From NCBI GenBank assembly GCA_044346705.1, contig JBIIYP010000012.1, positions 20,117 through 84,116 on the forward strand: 64,000 bases of DNA. The letters run 5' to 3'. The stretch is from Flavobacteriales bacterium. GTDB lineage: Bacteria; Bacteroidota; Bacteroidia; Flavobacteriales_F; PHOS-HE28. Each line of letters opens with the position of its first letter. Within the stretch, counting starts at the first letter, position 1. Shown piece by piece: positions 42,736 through 49,733 of this stretch. The translations under genes were made by a program, and so were the position numbers. Below the pieces are notes generated by a model. It did not search any database. It saw only the letters and a list, made by a program, of their open reading frames with translations, and had not been told where the DNA came from.

Positions 42736-43026
42736 ATGATCCCCGCCACCGCCGAGAAGATCGACAAGGAGGACCTCCCCAGCCTCAGCTTTCCCAAGGA
42801 ACCCGTGCACCTCAGCGAGGAGCACCGCCAAGAGCTGGATGCCAAGCTGGAGATGGCCAGGAAGCTCGGCAATACCGATCGCAACAAATGCCGCATCCTG
42901 TTCAAGGATGGTAGCGGCTTGAAGTACGTGGAGACCACCGTGTGGTCCTTTGACACGCACAATGTGGTGGTGAAGTACGGCCATGTCATCCCGCTCCAAC
43001 GGGTGCTGGATGTGCAAATGTTCTGA
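42736..43026 (+). CDS. Conserved Bacteroidota-type 96-aa hypothetical protein; possible Sm/Hfq-like fold
   Basis: LGN...K.RI.F.D..G.K.VETTVW...V..K.G..IP pattern recalled from Bacteroidota hypothetical proteins; host-like codon usage. Confidence 0.75.
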   Translation: MIPATAEKIDKEDLPSLSFPKEPVHLSEEHRQELDAKLEMARKLGNTDRNKCRILFKDGSGLKYVETTVWSFDTHNVVVKYGHVIPLQRVLDVQMF

Positions 43027-43093
43027 ATTGGCGAGGGCGGGTAGGATCACAATTGTGTAACGGAACGATCGGAAAGGCGACCTTCCGAGGGGC

Positions 43094-43101
43094 TACTTTT
43101 G
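43094..43101 (+). promoter_or_regulatory. -7 element TACTTTTG for the dsbD operon
   Basis: Exact TAnnTTTG match 20 nt before ATG 43122. Confidence 0.65.
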
Positions 43102-43121
43102 AGCCTGTCAGAACGCACATC

Positions 43122-43574
43122 ATGCTCCGGTCCATCCTCATTTTCATTGCGCTGCTGGCCACGGCATTGGTATCCAGGGCCGGTGGACCCGTGACTTGGA
43201 CCTTTGAGCCATCGGTCCATGCGGATGGCCGCGTGGAGGTGCTGCTGAAGGTGACCTGTGAGGAGGGCTGGCACATCTATGCGATGACCCTGCCCCGTGA
43301 TGATGGGCCCATTCCCACGTCGATCCAGGTGGCCGCCTCCACGAGCTTTTCGGCCGGCCCGGTGTTCGAGCCGACACCGGAAACGGCGTATGACGCCAAC
43401 TTCGCCATGGAGCTGCGCTTCCACTCCGGTGTCGTTGTGTTCTCCGTGCCTCTGCAACGCCTGAACAACGGACCGCTCACGGTCTCCGGCGAAGTGGAGT
43501 ACATGGCCTGCAACGACAAGACCTGCCTGCCCCCGAAGGTGGTGCCCTTTTCCGTAACCGTTCCTGCACTTTAG
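43122..43574 (+). CDS. Stand-alone exported DsbD N-terminal (Ig-like) domain protein
   Basis: Signal peptide; GWHIYA, GPIPTSI, YMACNDKTCLPP (C-x4-C). Confidence 0.85.
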   Translation: MLRSILIFIALLATALVSRAGGPVTWTFEPSVHADGRVEVLLKVTCEEGWHIYAMTLPRDDGPIPTSIQVAASTSFSAGPVFEPTPETAYDANFAMELRFHSGVVVFSVPLQRLNNGPLTVSGEVEYMACNDKTCLPPKVVPFSVTVPAL

Positions 43575-43577
43575 TCC

Positions 43578-46064
43578 ATGATGAGAACGTGGTTGACGAT
43601 CCTGCTGGCCGCCTTCGCTGGCCTGCTCCAGGCCCAGGTGCCCGGCTCGGTGGCCGCTGAGGACCCCGTGAAGTGGTCCATCAGCATGGTGAAGGTGGAG
43701 GAGGGTGCGTGGGACGTCATCTTCCGCGCCGACATCGAGCACGGCTGGTACGTTTACTCCCAGCAGAGCTTTGGTGACATGGGGCCCATTCCCACCACCA
43801 TTGTGTTCGACACACTGGCCCATGCTACCACGAGCGGACCCTCCATTGAGTCCGGCGAGAAGGTGATCGAGGGGCTTGACCCGAATTTCGACGACATCAA
43901 GGTGAAGAAGTTCAAGGGCTACGCGCTCTTCACCCAACGCCTGAAGGTCATCGACCCCGCGAAGCCGATCACAGGGCGCCTGGACTATCAGACGTGTGAC
44001 GATAGCAAGTGCATATTCCCCGATCCGATGTACTTCCGCGTCACCCTGAGCGCGGACAAGGGCGAGTTCGCGGCGCTGCCGTTCAAGGGCGATGCCGCTG
44101 CGGTCAACGCCCCGCCCGCAGAGGAGGAACCGGTGACCTGGTCACTGGCCACGGAGAAGGTGAAGGATGGCCTGTGGCGTTTCCGGTTCACGGCCACGGT
44201 GCAGGACGGCTGGGCCATCTACTCCCAGGAGAGCTTCGGTGACGGTCCGATCCCCACGAGCATGGTGCTGGACAGTACGGTGGCCCATGCGCACTTCGTG
44301 GGAAAGGCCACGGAAGAGGGCAAGGACATGCACGAGGGCATGGACGACATGTTCGGCATCAAGGTCCGCAAGTTCAAGCACACCGTCACCTTCGTGCAGG
44401 AGGTCCAGGTGACGGATGAGGCGAAGGACATCACCGGCGTGGTGAACTTCATGACCTGCGATGACAGCAAGTGCATCTTCCCAGATCCGCCGCCGCCCTT
44501 CACGGTGAACCTGGCCACCGGGGTGATCTCCATCGGTTCCAAGACCATGGCGCCCGGTGGCGAGTGCCGGTACAAGCTGAACACGGTGGACCTGAACGCC
44601 CCGGTGGTGAAGAGCACCGGATCGGACGAGCAGGAAGTGCGCGGGTCGGCCTCGCTGTGGCGGATCTTCTTCCTCGGTTTCCTCGGTGGCTTGGTGGCGC
44701 TGCTCACGCCCTGTGTGTTCCCCATGATCCCGCTCACGGTGAGCTTCTTCACCAAGGGCAGCGAGGACAAGGCGAAGGGCCTGAAGAACGCGCTCACCTA
44801 CGGCGGCTTCATCCTCGGCATCTACCTGCTCTTCAGCCTGCCCTTCCACGTGCTGGGCTCGGTGAACGCGGAGATCTTCAACGAGATCAGCACCAACCCC
44901 TGGCTCAACGTTTTCTTCTTCGTGATCTTCCTGGTCTTCGCGGTGAGCTTCTTCGGCTACTTCGAGATCACGCTCCCGAGCAGCTGGGTGAACAGCATGG
45001 ACCAGAAGGCCTCGAAGTTCGGTGGCCTCATCGGCATCTTCTTCATGGCGCTCACCCTGGCGCTCGTGTCCTTCAGCTGCACGGGACCGATCCTTGGTTC
45101 ATTGCTCGCAGGAGCGCTCACCGCGGATGGTGGTGCCTGGCAGTTGACCGCGGGTCTCGGTGGTTTCGGCATGGCCCTCGCGCTTCCTTTCGCGCTCTTC
45201 GCCCTCTTCCCCAGCTGGCTCAATAGCCTGCCCCGCAGCGGCAGCTGGCTCAACAGTGTGAAGGTGGTGCTCGGCTTCGCCGAAGTGGCGCTCGCGTTCA
45301 AGTTCCTCAGCAACGCCGATCTGGTGAAGCAATGGATGATCGTGCCCTACGAACTCTTCATGGTCGTGTGGGTGCTCTGTGCCCTGGGCATCACGTTGTA
45401 CCTCTTCGGCCTCATCAAGTTCCCCCATGACAGCCCCGTGAAGTCGCGGAGCACCGTGCGATGGAGTTTCATCGCGCTCTTTACAGCGGCCACCTTCTAC
45501 CTGGCCTTCGGCCTGCGTGTGGATAGCAAGGCGGGCACCTTCACGCCCATGGCGCTGATGAGCGGATTGGCTCCTCCCGTGGGCTACAGTTGGATCCTGC
45601 CCAAGAAGGCCGAAGCGTTCCACGACCTCGATGAAGCCCTTGCCCATGCCCGTGAGGTGGGCAAGCCCGTGATGATCGACTTCACCGGTTGGGCCTGTGT
45701 GAACTGCCGCAAGATGGAGGAGCACGTGTGGCCTGAACAAGGGGTGAAGGAGTTGATCGAGAACGACTATGTGCTCGTGTCGCTCTACGTGGACGACAAG
45801 CGTGAACTGCCGAAGGAGGAACAGCACGAGTACATCACCTGCACCGGCAAGCAGAAGCTGATCGTGACCAAGGGCAACAAGTGGAGCACGGTGCAGCTGG
45901 AGACTTTCGTGATCAGCAGCCAGCCCTACTACGCGCTGTTGAGCCCGGAAGGCAAGCTCCTCACCGATCCGGTCGGCTACACCCCGGATGTGCCCGAGTA
46001 CAAGGCCTTCCTGGAGCGCGGCCTCGAAGGCATGCGCGTGCTGAACCAGCAGGCCAGTCGCTAA
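43578..46064 (+). CDS. dsbD: Thiol:disulfide interchange protein DsbD with a duplicated N-domain
   Basis: Two N-domains (YQTCDDSKCIFP, FMTCDDSKCIFP); TM domain LLTPCVFPMIP and SFSCTGPILG; thioredoxin domain DFTGWACVNCRKME. Confidence 0.92.
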   Translation: MMRTWLTILLAAFAGLLQAQVPGSVAAEDPVKWSISMVKVEEGAWDVIFRADIEHGWYVYSQQSFGDMGPIPTTIVFDTLAHATTSGPSIESGEKVIEGLDPNFDDIKVKKFKGYALFTQRLKVIDPAKPITGRLDYQTCDDSKCIFPDPMYFRVTLSADKGEFAALPFKGDAAAVNAPPAEEEPVTWSLATEKVKDGLWRFRFTATVQDGWAIYSQESFGDGPIPTSMVLDSTVAHAHFVGKATEEGKDMHEGMDDMFGIKVRKFKHTVTFVQEVQVTDEAKDITGVVNFMTCDDSKCIFPDPPPPFTVNLATGVISIGSKTMAPGGECRYKLNTVDLNAPVVKSTGSDEQEVRGSASLWRIFFLGFLGGLVALLTPCVFPMIPLTVSFFTKGSEDKAKGLKNALTYGGFILGIYLLFSLPFHVLGSVNAEIFNEISTNPWLNVFFFVIFLVFAVSFFGYFEITLPSSWVNSMDQKASKFGGLIGIFFMALTLALVSFSCTGPILGSLLAGALTADGGAWQLTAGLGGFGMALALPFALFALFPSWLNSLPRSGSWLNSVKVVLGFAEVALAFKFLSNADLVKQWMIVPYELFMVVWVLCALGITLYLFGLIKFPHDSPVKSRSTVRWSFIALFTAATFYLAFGLRVDSKAGTFTPMALMSGLAPPVGYSWILPKKAEAFHDLDEALAHAREVGKPVMIDFTGWACVNCRKMEEHVWPEQGVKELIENDYVLVSLYVDDKRELPKEEQHEYITCTGKQKLIVTKGNKWSTVQLETFVISSQPYYALLSPEGKLLTDPVGYTPDVPEYKAFLERGLEGMRVLNQQASR

Positions 46065-46157
46065 GGGTCCCGAGATGCGGGGCACAGGACCGATTTGGTC
46101 CTTATGTTCCTGTTTGCCATCTTATGCATCCGATGATCGACGGCAAATCCGTCGAGC

Positions 46158-46775
46158 GTGAAGAGGATGGAGGTGGAAGAGAGGCTACCTGAAGAGGCGA
46201 TCGCCGCACGGACCTGCCTTGCCGGCAGGCAGGTCCATTGGGTCCGCAGCCAGAAGGTGATGTTGGATGCGGACCTGGCGCGCCTTTACGGGGTCCCGAC
46301 CAAGGAGCTCAACCTCAAGGTGAAGCGGCACCTGGAGCGTTTCCCAGCGGACTTCATGTTCCAGTTGACCGATGATGAATGGAGCGGTTTGAGGTTTCAA
46401 GTTGAAACCTCAAAGGGCCGGGGAGGTCGTCGTTACCCACCCTATGCATTCACCGAACATGGCGTCCTGATGTCGCCGACGCGCCAAAGCCGCTTTGGCG
46501 ACGGCGCGCTCAGCAGCGTGTTGAACAGCGAACGGGCCATCGCCGTCAACACCTGCCTGTCCGGCAGGCAGGTCCGCATCATGCGGGTCTTCGTGCGCAT
46601 GAACCGCCTGTTGCAGAGCGACCTGGAGCTTCAGCTGCGGATGGAGCGCATGGAAAGTCGCCAGGGCCGGATGGAAGAGGACCTCGGCGGCTTGTTCGAA
46701 GCGGTGAAGCAGCTGATGGAGGAGCCCGGTGCGGAGCGCAGGCGGCTGGGCTATAAAGGAGGAGACACGATCTGA
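46158..46775 (+). CDS. ORF6N (KilA-N-like) DNA-binding domain protein with three in-frame palindromic insertions
   Basis: QKVMLDADLARLYGV, ERFPADFMFQLT, GGRRYPPYAFTEHGV, LSSVLNSERAI, IMRVFV; C-terminal coiled coil and RRRLGY. Confidence 0.9.
   Translation: MKRMEVEERLPEEAIAARTCLAGRQVHWVRSQKVMLDADLARLYGVPTKELNLKVKRHLERFPADFMFQLTDDEWSGLRFQVETSKGRGGRRYPPYAFTEHGVLMSPTRQSRFGDGALSSVLNSERAIAVNTCLSGRQVRIMRVFVRMNRLLQSDLELQLRMERMESRQGRMEEDLGGLFEAVKQLMEEPGAERRRLGYKGGDTI
46213..46233. repeat. 21-nt REP-like palindrome inside ORF6N (copy 1)
   Basis: CCTGCCTTGCCGGCAGGCAGG; removing it restores ATC (Ile) in IAAR-I-HWVRSQKVML. Confidence 0.85.
46473..46508. repeat. 36-nt REP-like hairpin insertion inside ORF6N
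   Basis: Contains CGCCAAAGC-C-GCTTTGGCG; removing it restores TEHGVLM-LSSVLNS. Confidence 0.8.
46552..46572. repeat. 21-nt REP-like palindrome inside ORF6N (copy 2)
   Basis: CCTGCCTGTCCGGCAGGCAGG; removing it restores ATC (Ile) in AIAVN-I-RIMRVFV. Confidence 0.85.
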
Positions 46776-46790
46776 CGCATCTTTGGAACC

Positions 46791-47390
46791 ATGAGCCACG
46801 ACCGCATCCGCACCCATTTCGAAGAGGCCGCCAGCGTGCTGCAACGCTTCCTGGCCGATCCGGAGAACCTCACCAACGTGGAGCGCGCCTCCGCGTTCAT
46901 GAGCTACTGCCTGAAGCAGGGAGCGAAGGTGATCAGCTGCGGGAACGGCGGCAGCATGTGCGATGCCATGCACTTCGCGGAAGAGCTCACCGGCCGCTAC
47001 CGTGACGACCGGCCGCCGATCGCAGCCATGTCCATCAGCGATCCCAGCCACCTGACCTGTGTGGGCAACGACCATGGCTTCGAGCACGTGTTCGCACGGT
47101 TCGTGGAAGCGCACGGGCGCGAAGGCGATGTGCTCCTGGCCATCAGCACCAGCGGCAACAGCCCGAACGTGCTGCGCGCTGCGGAGGTGGCACGCGAGAA
47201 GGGCATGCACGTGATCGGCCTCACGGGCAAGGATGGGGGGCGCCTTGCCGACCTGTGCACCGTGGAGGTGCGGGTGCCCCATGACGGCTATGCCGACCGC
47301 ATCCAGGAGGTGCACATCAAGGTGATCCACGCCTGGATCGACCACATCGAGCGCGATCTTGCCGCGCCCCGCCGTTCCGAGCAGGCCTGA
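46791..47390 (+). CDS. gmhA: D-sedoheptulose 7-phosphate isomerase
   Basis: [63 protein letters not shown]. Confidence 0.93.
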   Translation: MSHDRIRTHFEEAASVLQRFLADPENLTNVERASAFMSYCLKQGAKVISCGNGGSMCDAMHFAEELTGRYRDDRPPIAAMSISDPSHLTCVGNDHGFEHVFARFVEAHGREGDVLLAISTSGNSPNVLRAAEVAREKGMHVIGLTGKDGGRLADLCTVEVRVPHDGYADRIQEVHIKVIHAWIDHIERDLAAPRRSEQA

Positions 47391-47394
47391 GGCG

Positions 47395-48933
47395 ATGGTC
47401 ATCAAGAACTTCGGATGCGCCGTGTTCGGCATCAACGCCACCATCGTGGTGGTGGAGACGAACATCAATTCCGGCAAGTACTTCTTCATGGTGGGCCTTC
47501 CGGACAATGCGGTGAAGGAGAGCCACCAGCGCGTGAGCGCCGCCATCAAGAACATCGGCCTGCACATGCCTCGCGGGCGCGAGATCACGGTGAACCTGGC
47601 GCCTGCCGATATCCGAAAGGAAGGCAGCGCCTATGACCTGGCCATCGCCTTGGGCATCCTAGCGGCGAGCGAGCAGCTCAGTTCCACCCGTTTCCCGGAG
47701 TTCGTGGTGATGGGCGAGCTTTCGTTGGACGGTGAGGTGCGGCCGATCAAGGGCGCATTGCCGATCGCGTTGGAGGCGAAGAAGCATGGCTTCAAGGGGG
47801 TGGTGGTGCCCCGGGCCAATGCCCGCGAGGCCGCCATCGTGGAGGGGTTGGAAGTGATCGGCGTGGATCACCTCAGGCAGGTCGTGGACTTCTTCGAAGG
47901 CACGTCGGACCTGCCCCGCACCACCGTGGACATCGCCGCGGAGTTCGCGGCCGGGAGCGCCAATCACCTGGTGGACATCAGCGATGTGAAAGGGCAGGAG
48001 AACATCAAACGGGCCTTTGAGATCGCCGCTGCGGGAGGGCACAATGTGATCCTCATCGGACCCCCGGGCGCCGGCAAGACCATGCTGGCCAAGCGGCTGC
48101 CCACCATCCTGCCGCCGTTGCATATCGATGAGGCGCTGGAGACCACCAAGATCCACAGTGTGGCGGGCAAGTTGCGCAAGGACGACAGCCTCCTGAGCGT
48201 TCGTCCCTTCCGGTCCCCGCACCATACCATCAGCGATGTGGCCCTGGTGGGCGGCGGTTCGTTCCCGCAACCGGGCGAGATCAGCCTCGCCCATAACGGG
48301 GTGCTCTTCCTCGATGAGCTGCCGGAGTTCCAGCGCACCGTGCTCGAGGTGCTGCGCCAACCGTTGGAGGACCGCGTCATCACCATCAGTCGCGCCCGGT
48401 TCACGGTGGAGTACCCGGCAAGCTTCATGCTCGTGGCTGCGATGAACCCCTGCCCGTGCGGCTACTACAACCATCCGGACAAGGAGTGCGTCTGTCCTCC
48501 GGGGATGGTGCAGAAATACCTGAACAAGATCAGCGGCCCGTTGCTGGACCGCATCGACATCCATGTGGAGGTGACACCGGTGCCGTTCAGCGAACTGAGC
48601 AGTGAGCGCCAGAGCGAGAAGAGCGCCGATGTGCGCGAACGGGTCATTCGTGCCCGAAAGCTGCAGGAGTACCGCTACGCGGAGGACCCCATCCACTGCA
48701 ATGCCCAGATGAGCAGCCAGCAGCTGCGCCGGATCTGCCGGATCGACGCCACCGGCCAAGCCATTCTGCAAAAGGCCATGGAACGCTTGGGGTTGAGCGC
48801 CCGGGCCTACGACCGCATCCTGAAGGTGTCGCGCACCATCGCTGACCTTGGCGGTTGCAACGAGATCCGCACGGAGCACCTGGCGGAGGCCATCCAGTAT
48901 CGAAGCCTTGACCGCGAAGGTTGGGCCGGTTGA
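47395..48933 (+). CDS. YifB/ComM Mg-chelatase-like AAA+ ATPase
   Basis: VGLPDNAVKES, NLAPADIRKEGSAYDLAIA, GELSLDG, GPPGAGKTMLA, RPFRSPHHTIS, GEISLAHNGVLFLDELPEF, NPCPCG, GLSARAYDRILKV. Confidence 0.93.
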   Translation: MVIKNFGCAVFGINATIVVVETNINSGKYFFMVGLPDNAVKESHQRVSAAIKNIGLHMPRGREITVNLAPADIRKEGSAYDLAIALGILAASEQLSSTRFPEFVVMGELSLDGEVRPIKGALPIALEAKKHGFKGVVVPRANAREAAIVEGLEVIGVDHLRQVVDFFEGTSDLPRTTVDIAAEFAAGSANHLVDISDVKGQENIKRAFEIAAAGGHNVILIGPPGAGKTMLAKRLPTILPPLHIDEALETTKIHSVAGKLRKDDSLLSVRPFRSPHHTISDVALVGGGSFPQPGEISLAHNGVLFLDELPEFQRTVLEVLRQPLEDRVITISRARFTVEYPASFMLVAAMNPCPCGYYNHPDKECVCPPGMVQKYLNKISGPLLDRIDIHVEVTPVPFSELSSERQSEKSADVRERVIRARKLQEYRYAEDPIHCNAQMSSQQLRRICRIDATGQAILQKAMERLGLSARAYDRILKVSRTIADLGGCNEIRTEHLAEAIQYRSLDREGWAG

Positions 48934-48996
48934 GCCGTACGTAACCTTTTACCGGAAGATGCGTTCGACGGGGCGGAACCCTGTTCCAGATCCGCC

Positions 48997-49659
48997 ATGC
49001 ACGCCCCCTTCCTCATCGCCCTCCTGTCCCTGGCCCTGTCCGGCCCGTCCGGTGCGCAACGGACCTACCTCAGCGCGACCCTGGAGCCGACCACCAAGGG
49101 CAAGGCGTCCTTTTACAAGGAATCCGCCGGCAAGGTGGGCGACAACTTCCTGGGGAAGATCTACACCATGGATGGCAAGCTCAAGGCGGAAGGCCAGTAT
49201 GCCGATGCCGAGCTGAATGTGCCGAACGGCACCTTCACCTTCTTCCACCCGAACGGGAAGAAAGAGAGCATCGGAGAGTACCGCATGGGGCTGAAGGCCG
49301 GTGTCTGGCAGCGCTACGACCAATGGGGCCTCGCCCTTGCCGAGAAGGTCTACGACACCAGACCGATCGAGAACCTGGTGTACACCTATGCGCCCACCAT
49401 GCCTTCCTATCCCGGTGGGCAGAAGGAACTGGTCCGGTATATCCGGAAGCAGGTGGGTGATGAACCCTTTCGGAACGGCGATGCCACGGCTTCATTCGTT
49501 GTGGAACGCGACGGTGCGCTCACGGACGTCAAGGTGAAGGCTCCGGATGAGAACAGTGCGAAGGCCATTGAAGAGGCCCTTGCGGAATCGCCGAAGTGGC
49601 AGGTGGGAAAGAAGGATGGTGTACCTGTGCGCGTGTCCGTGACGGTGCCGATCAAATAG
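48997..49659 (+). CDS. MORN-variant repeat protein with a C-terminal TonB domain
   Basis: Signal peptide; YTMDGKLKAEGQY, FFHPNGKKESIGEY, GVWQRYD repeats; MPSYPGG...FVVERDG...PKWQVGKKDGVPVRV (TonB_C). Confidence 0.8.
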   Translation: MHAPFLIALLSLALSGPSGAQRTYLSATLEPTTKGKASFYKESAGKVGDNFLGKIYTMDGKLKAEGQYADAELNVPNGTFTFFHPNGKKESIGEYRMGLKAGVWQRYDQWGLALAEKVYDTRPIENLVYTYAPTMPSYPGGQKELVRYIRKQVGDEPFRNGDATASFVVERDGALTDVKVKAPDENSAKAIEEALAESPKWQVGKKDGVPVRVSVTVPIK

Positions 49660-49686
49660 AACCAGCTCAAATACACCATAGAAGTA

Positions 49687-49714
49687 GGAACGCCCCGACT
49701 CGTCGGGGCGTTCC
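49687..49714. terminator. Strong hairpin, probable bidirectional terminator between the TonB-C gene and secA
   Basis: GGAACGCCCCGAC-TC-GTCGGGGCGTTCC, a 13-bp perfect inverted repeat. Confidence 0.7.
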
Positions 49715-49733
49715 GCTGTTCGGGCAGATCGGT

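Noticed and set aside
46065-46790. Prophage or integrative element around ORF6N
   Set aside because: No integrase, att-like repeats or phage genes; ORF6N stands alone between dsbD and gmhA.
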